DNA of 64,000 nucleotides from a virus: IMG/VR virus record IMGVR_UViG_3300042907_001596, positions 86,441 to 150,440 of that record; one strand, 5' to 3'. Shown piece by piece: positions 1 to 10,838 of this stretch (position 1 is its first letter; each line of letters starts with the position of its first letter). The notes under the pieces were generated by a model. It saw only the letters and a program-made list of their open reading frames with translations, ran no database searches and was not told where the DNA came from. The position numbers and the translations under genes were made by a program.

Positions 1-168
1 GCACGCCTGCGAACTGATGCGCAACACCTGCGACTGCGACGGCCGACACCGCGAATGGATCTTCATCGCCCCGTACTGGACGCACCGCGAACGGTTGGGT
101 GTCGCCGGAATCAACACGGTGCGCCGTGTCCCCAAAACGGCGTGAGGCAAGGCAAAATAGTGGCTGTG

Positions 169-486
169 ATGAAAGGCCCTTACTCCCGCGCCAAAGTGTT
201 GCGGAACGCCCTAACCATGCTGGACGAAGACCGGCTACATGCCCAACCGGACGGCACCATCATCGTCGCCGGAATTAAAGAGCACGCCGGAGTCTTCACC
301 CTCGTCAAGAACGGCCCTTTCTGGTTCAGCTTCATCATCGACGGCGACACCTTGGAACTGGAGATGATGTGTACCCCAGAGCCTCCCGGCTTGCTGGTGC
401 TGTACGGCGACGAAGACGACGAAGATATGTACGAGCCGTTCGCCCCCATCCTGGCGCTCCTCCCCGGCGGCAAAGACGAGGAATAA
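169..486 (+). CDS. hypothetical protein
   Basis: ORF 55..486; ATG at 169 is a more plausible start; the stop overlaps the GGAATA promoter motif. Confidence 0.55.
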   Translation: MKGPYSRAKVLRNALTMLDEDRLHAQPDGTIIVAGIKEHAGVFTLVKNGPFWFSFIIDGDTLELEMMCTPEPPGLLVLYGDEDDEDMYEPFAPILALLPGGKDEE

Positions 487-505
487 CCACCCCCTCCCCG
501 GCGTT
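480..505 (+). promoter_or_regulatory. ECF-type promoter GGAATA-N16-CGTT (copy 1)
   Basis: GGAATA 480-485, CGTT 502-505; same spacing at five other sites; followed by a leader hairpin and RBS. Confidence 0.75.
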
Positions 506-547
506 GTACAAGATGGAGGGAGCGGTTCCCTCCAGAGGGGAGTTCCC

Positions 548-784
548 ATGACAGACCTGGGCCTTCGGATGGACAGAGCCGTCGTAGTCGGCACCAAGTG
601 GACGAAGTACGAAGACGGCTTCTACGCCGACGTGCGCGGCCTGGAGTGCCGCGTCACCGGCGGCGGCGGCTCCTGGTGGACGGCTTACGTCGGAGAAGGA
701 TTCGACGGCAGCATCGGTGCCTACCCCACAGCGGCGGAAGCCAAGAAGGCAATCATCGACTTAGCACTGGAAGGGATGGAGTAA
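548..784 (+). CDS. small hypothetical phage protein
   Basis: 78-aa ORF, GGGGAG RBS, downstream of ECF-type promoter. Confidence 0.7.
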   Translation: MTDLGLRMDRAVVVGTKWTKYEDGFYADVRGLECRVTGGGGSWWTAYVGEGFDGSIGAYPTAAEAKKAIIDLALEGME

Positions 785-1015
785 ATGAGCTACCACGACT
801 GCCTGGACGGCCCCAAGGGCTGCGAAGGCGAAACCTTTGAGCGACTGACCCGCAGCGGGTCGGGGATGCGATTCCCGCGCTGCGAGAAGCACTACGTCGA
901 GTACGCCGAACGGATGGACGCTGTCCACGCCGAAACCCGGCGGCGCTACCCCCGGTCGGCCCCCGCCGACTTCGACCCGGCCTACGCCGGGGAGCGGTGG
1001 GACGACGACTACTGA
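785..1015 (+). CDS. small hypothetical phage protein (Cys/His motif)
   Basis: 76 aa, abuts previous stop, GGAG RBS, C..C..CxxH, acidic C-terminus. Confidence 0.7.
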   Translation: MSYHDCLDGPKGCEGETFERLTRSGSGMRFPRCEKHYVEYAERMDAVHAETRRRYPRSAPADFDPAYAGERWDDDY

Positions 1016-1198
1016 GCCACCCATATGCAGGGCTGGGCGTCAAACCAGTACGGGCCACATACCCATCTCCCTGGCAAGCCTAGCTCACGACCCTGACCCC
1101 CTTTCTGAAGGAGAGGTTAGTGCTGCGCCCCGCCCTGCCCCCCCCAACTCTCAGAAACTTCTTATCTTCGGTGATGAGGCAGCGAATCGCACGCTTAG

Positions 1199-1911
<713 letters not shown>

Positions 1912-1916
1912 GAGTC

Positions 1917-1948
1917 CCTGTACCCCTCCCTGCCAGCAGCCAGAAGAG
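1917..1948 (+). promoter_or_regulatory. putative late promoter CCTGTA...AGAAG
   Basis: Motif recurs with near-constant spacing ahead of structural genes. Confidence 0.55.
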
Positions 1949-1976
1949 ATAGAGAGCTTGCTGACCGGAGGATTGC

Positions 1977-4900
1977 ATGCCGCCGACAATCTTGAAACGG
2001 AACCTGGAGTTCCACTTTCCGCGAGCGGTGTCGGCTGTCGGCCAACTTCCGCAGACGCTGGAGGTGGTCGTCGTTCCGCTGTCCGACCCTTCGGGGCCGG
2101 ATCAGGGCACCTACGTTGGTGGACTACAGCGGCAGACGGTGCTGCTGGACGACGACGATAACGTCCTCGTCTTCTCCCTCGTCCCTACCGCTTCGCCGCA
2201 ACTGCTCGCCCCCGTCAGGTATCGGGTGGCCTGGCGCGACGGCGGCGTCGTCGGGCGCACCTACACCTACGACTTCGCTATGCCGGATGCTGATACCCGG
2301 TTTGACGAACTAGGCGACCTGGGCCAGATCATCGGTGGGGAAGCCTACCTCCAGCAGACCGACCTGGGTGTCCCCGGCCGGGTGGCCCGCCTCAACTCCT
2401 CCGGTATCCCGATCACCTCCACCGGTGTCGCCTTGGCGACTTCGGCGTCGGTCACCTCGCTGTCTACCAGCCTGACGGCTGAAACCACCGCCCGCACTTC
2501 CGGCGACACCAACACCTTGGCGACGGCCAACGCCTACACCAACCAGCAGACCAGCGCACTGTCCTCGACGCTCACCGCCAGCCAAAGCGCTTTATCGACC
2601 TCGCTGAACACAGCGATCACCAACGAAAGTGCCGCCCGCGCCACCGCCGTCGCCGCCGAAATCACCGCCCGCACCGCCGCCGACACCGCGCTGGGGTACC
2701 GCATTGACGCGCTGGACGCCACCATCACCGGCGACACCTCCACCCTCGACAACAAAGCCGACCTGGACGCTTCCGGCCGTGTCCCGATCAGCCAGATCCC
2801 CCGCGAAGCCATCACCAGCGCCGTCAGTGTGGCCAACCAAGCGGAGATGCTGGCGCTGACCACCGAGCAGGTGCAGCCCGGTGACCTTGCGGTGCGCCCC
2901 GACGGTGTGTACGGGCTGTTCTCCACCAACCCGGCGGTGCTCAGCAACTGGGTGCCGCTGAGCAAAATCAGTTCCGTCAACGGTTACCAAGGCGAGATCA
3001 ACCTGACCGCCGCCGACGTAGGGGCTATCCCCATCGGATCGTCCATTCCCGTCAGTCAAGTCATCGGACTCCAGACGGCGCTAGATGCGAAGGCGTCCAC
3101 GACACAACTGTCGTCGCTGACTACGACCGTCAACGCATTGCAGAACGACTCCACCGTCGTCCGCACCGTCAGCGGCACCATCCCGCCGACGCTGCTGGGC
3201 ACGACGGTGGCGTACATTGACGGCAGCAACAACGTCGTCAACAAAGCCGGAACGATCATTGCGGCCGGAACCGGCAACGTCGCGTCCGTCAACGGCCTCA
3301 CCGGTGCGATCACGCTGACGGCCACGAACGTCGGGGCCATCGCCACCGGCTCCGCCCTGCCGATCAGTCAGATCACCGGCCTTCAGACCGCGTTGGACGC
3401 CAAAGTCGGCACCTCCGACTCCCGGCTGACCAACAGCCGCACCCCGACGGCCCACGCCGCCAGCCACGCCTCCGGCGGCTCCGACGCCCTCACGCTGGCC
3501 GTTACCCAGATCACCGGCCTCCAGACCGCGTTGGACGCCAAGACCGCCGCCACCGCGACCACCGCCCTCACCAACCGGGTGTCGACACTGGAAACGCAGG
3601 TGACCAACCTGACCTCCGGCGGCGGCGGATCCCCGGTCAGCAAGGACGTGTGGTGGGATTCCGCCAGCATCGTGTCCGGCCAGACCACCGCCCCGGCGTT
3701 CAAAACCGCCGGGGTGCGACTGAAGTCGCCGTTCGGCAAAGCCGCCAGCGGACAGTTCTACATCGACCCGGCCGGGGCGGCGGAGAACGAAACCCTCTGG
3801 CCGTACATCACCCCGATGGGCCACCTGGAGCTACGCAAGTGGGATGAGACGGCCGGGGCGGATGTCGTCTACGCCCCGCAGGCCGCGCTGGACGCCACTA
3901 ACACCACCGTTAACCTCAAAGCCAGCAAGGTCGACCTGGCGCTGGTCGACACCGCCGTCCGCGCCAAAGCCAACCAGGCCGACCTGGAGGCGATGCAGGC
4001 CGCGCTGGCAGCCAAAGCGACCGTCATTTCCGTCAACGCTCTGTCTACCGCAATCACCGGCCTGGCGACCCAGGCTTCCGTCAACGCTTTGACGACGACC
4101 GTCACGAACAAAGCCAGCACCGCCGAGGTCAACACTTTGACAACCACGGTGGCCACCAAGGCGTCGCAAGCCGAACTGGACACGGCGAAGGCCGCGATCG
4201 TCACCCTCAACACCGCGCTCACCAACAAAGCCGACCTGATCACCGTCGGTGTGGACAAGAAGATCCCGCTAGCCCAGATCCCCATCGGCATCCCGGTGTC
4301 GTCCGTCAACGGTCTTACTGAAGCCCTCGTCGCCAAGGCATCGCTGGTGAGCGGCAAAATCTTGGTCGACCAGATCCCCACTTTGCCGATCAGCCAGATC
4401 ACCGATTTGCAAACCACCCTCGACGGCAAAGCCTCGCTGGTCAACGGCAAGCTGGCGAGCAGCCAGATCCCGGCCATCGCGACCCACGAGACGTTCGCGG
4501 TGGCCTCCAGGGCAGCCATGATGGGCCTCAGTAGCTCGCAGGTGCAGATCGGTGACCAGTGCATCATCACCAGCGGCACCGACGCGGGAACCTACACCCT
4601 TATCGCGAGTGACCCGTCGCAGTTCGGCAACTGGCTGTACAACACGGTGCGCGGCACGGTGTCGTCGGTCAACACCCAGACCGGTGCCGTCAACCTGACC
4701 GCCGACAACGTCAACGCCTGGTCGAAAGACAGCCTCATCCCGATTGCCAGCATCAACGGGCTGACCGGGCGACTCGACGGCTTGGCGACGACCAGCGCAC
4801 TGACCACCGGCCTGGCCGACAAGCAGTCAGCCGAAGGGGTGCGCAGCATCATTTCCGGCAGCCCGCAGATCAAGCAGGCAGCCGATTACGTCGCTACCAC

Positions 4901-5525
4901 CGCCGTCGGAACCCTCAGCGGTGCGCAGACCATCGACGGCGTCTCCACCGTTCCCGGTAAGGTTGTCTTGCTGACCGCCCAGGTCGACCCGATCGCTAAC
5001 GGGGTGTATGTCACCGGCACCAGTGCGTGGACGCGGGCCACCGATATGTCGACCGGATCCTATCTGGTGCGCGGCACCATCGTGAACGTCACCGGCGGGT
5101 CGGTGTTCGCCAACACCGTCTGGCAAGTCACCTCCGCGTCCGGTGTGGTCGGCACGAACGTCACCAACTGGGTCAAGGTGCTTCAGTCCGGCACCGGCGG
5201 GGCGTACACCGCCGGGAATGGTGTAGCACTGACTGCCGGAGCTTTCTCCGCCAAACCCGACCGGGGCATCACTGTCGGGCCGTCGGGCATCGCCACCAAC
5301 CCGGCCGTCGTCGCCCACAAGTTCATCGGGGACATCCCCGGCGGCTCGACGGTCTGTTCGGTCAACCATGGACTGAACACCCAATGGCCGCTAGTGCAGG
5401 TGATCTCCGTAGCCTCCGGTGCCGCCGTTCTCGTCGGGTGGACAGTCACCGGCCCCAACACCGTCTCCTTTGAGTTCGCCACCACGCCGCAGTCCGGCCA
5501 GTGGAAGGTCGTCGTCCTTGGCTAG
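1977..5525 (+). CDS. long fibre / minor tail protein
   Basis: 1182 aa; VxSVNGxTG and ITGLQTALDAK fibre repeats, coiled-coil segments, C-terminal NHGLN domain; GGAGG RBS. Confidence 0.8.
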   Translation: MPPTILKRNLEFHFPRAVSAVGQLPQTLEVVVVPLSDPSGPDQGTYVGGLQRQTVLLDDDDNVLVFSLVPTASPQLLAPVRYRVAWRDGGVVGRTYTYDFAMPDADTRFDELGDLGQIIGGEAYLQQTDLGVPGRVARLNSSGIPITSTGVALATSASVTSLSTSLTAETTARTSGDTNTLATANAYTNQQTSALSSTLTASQSALSTSLNTAITNESAARATAVAAEITARTAADTALGYRIDALDATITGDTSTLDNKADLDASGRVPISQIPREAITSAVSVANQAEMLALTTEQVQPGDLAVRPDGVYGLFSTNPAVLSNWVPLSKISSVNGYQGEINLTAADVGAIPIGSSIPVSQVIGLQTALDAKASTTQLSSLTTTVNALQNDSTVVRTVSGTIPPTLLGTTVAYIDGSNNVVNKAGTIIAAGTGNVASVNGLTGAITLTATNVGAIATGSALPISQITGLQTALDAKVGTSDSRLTNSRTPTAHAASHASGGSDALTLAVTQITGLQTALDAKTAATATTALTNRVSTLETQVTNLTSGGGGSPVSKDVWWDSASIVSGQTTAPAFKTAGVRLKSPFGKAASGQFYIDPAGAAENETLWPYITPMGHLELRKWDETAGADVVYAPQAALDATNTTVNLKASKVDLALVDTAVRAKANQADLEAMQAALAAKATVISVNALSTAITGLATQASVNALTTTVTNKASTAEVNTLTTTVATKASQAELDTAKAAIVTLNTALTNKADLITVGVDKKIPLAQIPIGIPVSSVNGLTEALVAKASLVSGKILVDQIPTLPISQITDLQTTLDGKASLVNGKLASSQIPAIATHETFAVASRAAMMGLSSSQVQIGDQCIITSGTDAGTYTLIASDPSQFGNWLYNTVRGTVSSVNTQTGAVNLTADNVNAWSKDSLIPIASINGLTGRLDGLATTSALTTGLADKQSAEGVRSIISGSPQIKQAADYVATTAVGTLSGAQTIDGVSTVPGKVVLLTAQVDPIANGVYVTGTSAWTRATDMSTGSYLVRGTIVNVTGGSVFANTVWQVTSASGVVGTNVTNWVKVLQSGTGGAYTAGNGVALTAGAFSAKPDRGITVGPSGIATNPAVVAHKFIGDIPGGSTVCSVNHGLNTQWPLVQVISVASGAAVLVGWTVTGPNTVSFEFATTPQSGQWKVVVLG

Positions 5526-6852
5526 CTACACTGCCGCCGCCACGCTGGCTGTCACGGCGGGCAGGATCACCGACACCTATCCCACCGCGAAGATCGCGGT
5601 ACGTTCCGCCAACCCCGCGCTGGCGGTGACAGCAACGCCGACCGCTATCGACGTGTCGACGGCAAACATCTTGCGATTCGTCGGGCCGTCGGCATCCGGC
5701 GATAACGATCTGATCACGCAAGGAAACTTGCTGGCTTTGCTGCCCGACACCGTCGATGTGCCGCAAGCGCAGACACTGATCAACGCCGCTTTGGCGACGT
5801 ACGCCGACGACACTTACGTCGACACCCGCGATGCGCTGCTGGCCACCTCCGAATACATCGACACCGCCGACGCCACCCGACTGGCCAAAGCTAACCTCAA
5901 CAAGCCGGGTTTTCCGTTCACACTGGACTCCGCCGGGAAAGTACCGGCATCACTGGCTGCAAGCCTGCAACGCTATCCCCGCACTGCGATGATTGCCACC
6001 ACCGGCTCCGGCTCCACCACGTCGGAGACGACGATCGGCAGCCTCATCCCCATCCCCGACCCCGGCTACAACTACAAGCTGATGGTCACCGGCACAGTGC
6101 ATGCCCAGATCAACCGGGACAACGGGGAGTACCCGAAGATCGTGGCCGTCCGCGCCGACAACACTGTCGTCGGCATCGGCTACGGCATCGCGGAAGGCTA
6201 CCAAACCCCAGTACCAGACGGTCAATCCAGCCAGATCTACCTGGCCACCGCCGTCACGCTGGACGCCAACAACACCTGGACAAACCTTCCGAACTGGACT
6301 CCGGTCAGCACCGGGATCTACACCGCCTCCCTCAGCGGCAACGGCATTTTGGTGAACAAAACCATGAAAGCTGCGACAATCTCCGCGTCGCTGGCCTTTA
6401 CCGGCGCGGCAGCCCCGCTGGGCGGAGCGACTGCCTCGCAGATCCGCATCGTCAACGTGTCTACCCAAACCATCGTGGCGACCTCCGCCGCCGTTACCGC
6501 CGCCAGCGGCACCGCCACGGTCACTGCGACTATCGCCCCCCTCGCCGGACAGGTGTACGTCGTGCAGGCGTTGACCAGAAACTCCGGCACGCTCTACAAC
6601 CCCACCCTCAACGCCGGGAGCCTAGCCACCTGGACGGCAGGCTCGACAAGAACCCTGACCATCACTGCCGCCACCGCGACCGGGCAGACCTCCTCCGATA
6701 TCCCGATCATCCCGCAGATCACCAACCAGTCCACGATCGCCGCCGGAACCTCCACGACCGTGTCGCTGCGCATCCAGAACCCCGCCTCCGGCGGCACCGT
6801 GTCCACCGTCAACTACAGCCCGTATCTGTGGGTTGTCCCGATTCCGGCATAG
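5518..6852 (+). CDS. minor tail/fibre protein
   Basis: Likely TTG start at 5518 (GGAAGG at 5503-5508) overlapping previous stop; LDSAGKVP and PDPGY motifs shared with 9092 and 10839 genes. Confidence 0.7.
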   Translation: MASYTAAATLAVTAGRITDTYPTAKIAVRSANPALAVTATPTAIDVSTANILRFVGPSASGDNDLITQGNLLALLPDTVDVPQAQTLINAALATYADDTYVDTRDALLATSEYIDTADATRLAKANLNKPGFPFTLDSAGKVPASLAASLQRYPRTAMIATTGSGSTTSETTIGSLIPIPDPGYNYKLMVTGTVHAQINRDNGEYPKIVAVRADNTVVGIGYGIAEGYQTPVPDGQSSQIYLATAVTLDANNTWTNLPNWTPVSTGIYTASLSGNGILVNKTMKAATISASLAFTGAAAPLGGATASQIRIVNVSTQTIVATSAAVTAASGTATVTATIAPLAGQVYVVQALTRNSGTLYNPTLNAGSLATWTAGSTRTLTITAATATGQTSSDIPIIPQITNQSTIAAGTSTTVSLRIQNPASGGTVSTVNYSPYLWVVPIPA

Positions 6853-6855
6853 ACC

Positions 6856-9090
6856 ATGGACGCACCGACAAGGAAGATGTACCGGGGGCTGAGGCTGAAC
6901 AACCTCCCGCCGGAACTGCTGGAACACGTTAAGCGGCACACGCGCATGCCGTACGACGAGTCTGAGGTCGGCCAGCACTTCAAGATCGGCCCCGTCCTGC
7001 TCGACCACATTGAGAACAGCCACCACGACCCCGAACTCAGCCTGGGTCAGAACTGGACGATCAACAGGGACTTCGCGGGGAAAGCCGGATGCTCGCAGAC
7101 CGGCCCCTGCCAGCTAGGCGTGGTACTAGAAGCTGACATCCCGACCGACGAGCACAGCTTCGACCCCAAGAATAGGGGGCAGAACCCCGGCACAATGCAG
7201 TCAGAGCAGCAGGTCACCATCCTGCCGGATGTGCCGCTGAACATCACCGGACTCAAGCTGGTGGGGTATGGCAACGGTGGCCCCGGCGGACACGATCTAG
7301 AAGTCCTCAACGACCCCCGCTATGTCACCCGCCAAAAAGAGTTCCCCAGTGTCGCCCAGTTCCATTCCGGCCCGCAGATTCGGATCGCCTACCTCCGCAA
7401 CAAGACCGCTGCACGCGGCGTCCCCGGCTACAACCTGGACGACTGCGAGCCGTCCGGTCGCTACCTGACCGCCGACACCATCCCCAACCAGCCCGCCCCC
7501 GCCGGGTGGGAGCGCGGCACCGTATCTTTCGTCAACCCGCTGCGCTTAGAGCATCTGCACGGCGGCTGGCGGCAGGCGCTGTCGGCGCACTACGACGGGC
7601 GCACCGGGAAGGAACTCACCGCCAGCCTGGTGGCCGACGGCTACGACGGCATCATCACCGCCGACCATCACGGCTACGGCGAGATCGTCGCGTTCAGCCC
7701 GCCGACCTACAAGAAGCTGGATCTGAAGATCCGCTACCCCGAAACCATCAGGGATCCGCAGAAGGACACCAGCGACTACAACTTCACCGGCAGCCCCGAA
7801 ACGCAGTACCACCACCGGGCGCTGGACGACGACGACTTAGAAGACATCGACACCCGCAAAGACAGCGCAGATGACTGGTATGCCGAGATGGCGACCCGCC
7901 GCGCCCAAGGGCTGCCGGAGATCGACTGGAACACCTGGATCAACAAGCGGATCTCGTATCGTCTCGCCATGGCGTGGGATGAGTGGGCACCGAAGGTTAA
8001 AGGCGGCTGTCTGCTGGACGGTTGCTACTGGGACAAAAATGGTGGCAACGACAGTCGCTACACCATCCCCCAGGCCGGTGCGTTCCTCCATTACAGTCAC
8101 GGACAGCGGTGGGGCAAGCCTGCACTGAACGTCATCGGCATCTACACCCACCCCGACAACCGCAACGACGGCGTAGCCGAAGCGTTGATGCGGCGGCTCG
8201 CCGAAGACCATCCCGGCGTCCACATCGACACCGGCTACATGACACCCGACGGCCAACGCTTCCACGACCGTGTGCTGGAGAAGGAGCCGTCTGCGCGGGA
8301 ACTCGTGACAGCCGTGCGGTTGGCCATGGCCTGGGATGAGTGGAAAGACAAGATTCAGCACCATGAATATGGCGATGACTTTCTTCAAGGAACAGACAAC
8401 ACTGGAACGTACAAGATTGACCACGGCCCAGACCCCGATGAGCCAGACTTTACGCATGAGTCATGGCTCAATTACGGATGGGGCCGGGACGACAATGGAG
8501 AGCCAGTATTAGATATTCACGATTTAGGTACTGCCGCGCCATTTCGTAATCGTGGAGTAGCTGAAGCACTGATGCGAAGGCTACATCAAGATAACCCAGG
8601 TATCCGAATTAACCCCGGCGGCATGACCGATATGGGCCAAGCCTTCCATGACCGGATGCTGGAGAAGGAACCCGACGCCCGCGCTTTGGTCACCGCCGCT
8701 TCCCTGCTCGTCGGGCCGTATGACGCTTACGACGAAAACGACTGGTTCCAACGCCATATGGATCATCCGCCCCTGGAGAACCCCGACACCGCCGACTGGT
8801 ACCACGTCTCGCCGCACCGCATGCAGGTCGGCACCATCCTGGCCCCGATGCGCGGCGAAACACCGTGGGATGACGAACCGTACGACAACGGCTTGCAGAA
8901 CCGGGCCAACTGGGTGTGGATCGAATACGACGAGCGCAAAGCCCGCGAGTGGCAGCAGTGGGTTCTCAAGCACCAGCCGCAATGCCACCTCTACCGGGTG
9001 CAACCCCACCTTGGCCCGTTCGCCTGGAACGGTACCGCCGACGAAGGCTGGGTCACCGACTGGGCCGAGATCCTTGAGGAAATGACCTGA
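6856..9090 (+). CDS. polyvalent multi-enzyme protein: ART-like, ART-like, GNAT, GNAT, Arr-like ART
   Basis: YRG..NWT..EQQV; GYDGII..EIVAF; two R(N)xGVAEALM..MTxxG GNAT motifs; WYH...LYRVQP. Confidence 0.7.
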   Translation: MDAPTRKMYRGLRLNNLPPELLEHVKRHTRMPYDESEVGQHFKIGPVLLDHIENSHHDPELSLGQNWTINRDFAGKAGCSQTGPCQLGVVLEADIPTDEHSFDPKNRGQNPGTMQSEQQVTILPDVPLNITGLKLVGYGNGGPGGHDLEVLNDPRYVTRQKEFPSVAQFHSGPQIRIAYLRNKTAARGVPGYNLDDCEPSGRYLTADTIPNQPAPAGWERGTVSFVNPLRLEHLHGGWRQALSAHYDGRTGKELTASLVADGYDGIITADHHGYGEIVAFSPPTYKKLDLKIRYPETIRDPQKDTSDYNFTGSPETQYHHRALDDDDLEDIDTRKDSADDWYAEMATRRAQGLPEIDWNTWINKRISYRLAMAWDEWAPKVKGGCLLDGCYWDKNGGNDSRYTIPQAGAFLHYSHGQRWGKPALNVIGIYTHPDNRNDGVAEALMRRLAEDHPGVHIDTGYMTPDGQRFHDRVLEKEPSARELVTAVRLAMAWDEWKDKIQHHEYGDDFLQGTDNTGTYKIDHGPDPDEPDFTHESWLNYGWGRDDNGEPVLDIHDLGTAAPFRNRGVAEALMRRLHQDNPGIRINPGGMTDMGQAFHDRMLEKEPDARALVTAASLLVGPYDAYDENDWFQRHMDHPPLENPDTADWYHVSPHRMQVGTILAPMRGETPWDDEPYDNGLQNRANWVWIEYDERKAREWQQWVLKHQPQCHLYRVQPHLGPFAWNGTADEGWVTDWAEILEEMT

Positions 9091-9091
9091 C

Positions 9092-10825
9092 ATGGCCGTC
9101 ACTTACGATTCGGTCGGCGGCGGAGTCGCAACCACCAGGGGCGTCACCTCCACGTCGTGGCAGCACGTCATGGGCGTCTCCGCGACCGCACTCATCGTTG
9201 CCGTCAACTTCTCCGGCTCCAGCAACGTCAACAACTCTTTGACTCGCACCGTGAAGGTTGGCACGAAAACCTTGACCCCACTAGGGTCGATCATCAACCG
9301 CTACAACCTCTTCTTCGCCCCGGTGGGCTGGATTGAACTGTTCGGCATCATCGGCCCGCCGACGGGAGTGCAGAGTATCTTCGTCACCTGCTCCGCTTCC
9401 GAGCAGATCACCGCGAACTCCGTTGCCTACAACGGCGCATCAGCGTTCGGTGCTTTTGCCGGAGGCGTCAACCTGGCGGGCACTGGACAGACGTTGCCGT
9501 CCGTCACCGGCCCCACTAAGGGCATGGTGGTAGCGGCGTTCGGGGTGACTTCCAATAGGACGCTGACCGCCGGATCCGGCCAGACGATGCGGTGGACGGC
9601 ATCCGCTGCCGCGTCGGTCGGCATTGAAGACACCGCCGCCACCGGGTCGGTGAGTATGTCGATGAACGTCACCGGCCCCCTCCCGGCGACGTGGGGTGGA
9701 GTGACCGTCGCGCTGGTACCGGCCACCGTCGCCAGCATCGGTCACACCACCGCCGCCAACCTCGTCGCCGCGAAAACCACCCTGGCCGCTGCGGTCACCG
9801 GCAGTCTTAAGGGAGCGGCATCGCGCACCACTACGGCCACCGTCACGGCCAGCGCCACCGCCGTAGAGCCGATCGGCCCAAAGACCGCTGGGTCTTCGCG
9901 CATCATTACCGCCACCCCGACGGCGTCGGCGTTCTCCTTTACCCCGCCGCCCCCGAACGCTGCTGCGCTGCCGGTCACTGTTACCCGCACTGCGGATGCG
10001 ACCCGCACGCTCGCGCCGACCACGGCGGCAGCCTCCCCGCTGATGTACGTCGGGCGCTACCCTGACGAACCCGATGCCGTGGTGCCGAAAAGGTACGTCG
10101 TCTCCCTCAACTCTACGAGCGCATTGACGACCAGCTTCATTGACCAAGTTGTGGGATCCCGCGCCCAGTATTTAGCGACGACCGCATTTGTCGACCAAGA
10201 AGACGCCAAGCGGGCGACAAGAACCGAAGTGACGGCGGCGGACGCTAACTACTTCCCGGCGACCGGGCACGGCCTTGCGGTCACCGACTCGACCGGAAAA
10301 CTTCCGGCGTCGGCTATTCCTTCGTCGGGCCTCGTCACCGACCGTACCGCCCGCTACTATCCGTGCGCCGCCCCGTCGATCAGCACACCGACCCGCGTGG
10401 TGACGGCCACTCCGACCGAGTTGCTGATCGGAACCGTCACAGTGACAGATCAAGGGTATCCGTGGACACCGCTGGTGTTCGCGTATGTAAAGGGGTACGA
10501 CCGCATCGGAGCCAGCCCCACCCGCTGGGCGGGGACTGGAGTGGCCGACGCCGCCGGACAGATCCTCGTCAACAACGTCGGTATCCTCACCGTGCAGGGC
10601 AGCAACGGAACGGTCTACGGATCCGGCCAATGTACCGCCAGCACGAAGGACACCTATTCGGTGGTGCTGCCCGCCTCTACTAGCACTACCGCCACGCCCC
10701 TTTCTGGTGCGCTGACATTCAACCTTTACGGGTCGTGCCGCGACGGCGCGGGGCGCACCGGCGAGGGGTACACCTTCACCGGGGCGGATCTGATCTTTTA
10801 CGTCATCGCCATGCCAGCAGGATAG
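9092..10825 (+). CDS. minor tail/fibre protein
   Basis: N-terminal beta domain like 49383/56707 genes, Ala/Thr repeat linker, C-terminal DQGYPW domain paralogous to 5518 gene. Confidence 0.75.
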   Translation: MAVTYDSVGGGVATTRGVTSTSWQHVMGVSATALIVAVNFSGSSNVNNSLTRTVKVGTKTLTPLGSIINRYNLFFAPVGWIELFGIIGPPTGVQSIFVTCSASEQITANSVAYNGASAFGAFAGGVNLAGTGQTLPSVTGPTKGMVVAAFGVTSNRTLTAGSGQTMRWTASAAASVGIEDTAATGSVSMSMNVTGPLPATWGGVTVALVPATVASIGHTTAANLVAAKTTLAAAVTGSLKGAASRTTTATVTASATAVEPIGPKTAGSSRIITATPTASAFSFTPPPPNAAALPVTVTRTADATRTLAPTTAAASPLMYVGRYPDEPDAVVPKRYVVSLNSTSALTTSFIDQVVGSRAQYLATTAFVDQEDAKRATRTEVTAADANYFPATGHGLAVTDSTGKLPASAIPSSGLVTDRTARYYPCAAPSISTPTRVVTATPTELLIGTVTVTDQGYPWTPLVFAYVKGYDRIGASPTRWAGTGVADAAGQILVNNVGILTVQGSNGTVYGSGQCTASTKDTYSVVLPASTSTTATPLSGALTFNLYGSCRDGAGRTGEGYTFTGADLIFYVIAMPAG

Positions 10826-10838
10826 GAAGGACACACTT

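Noticed and set aside
5419-5525. Possible programmed frameshift joining the 1977 fibre to the next ORF
   Set aside because: A TTG at 5518 with GGAAGG RBS explains the overlap; no slippery sequence seen
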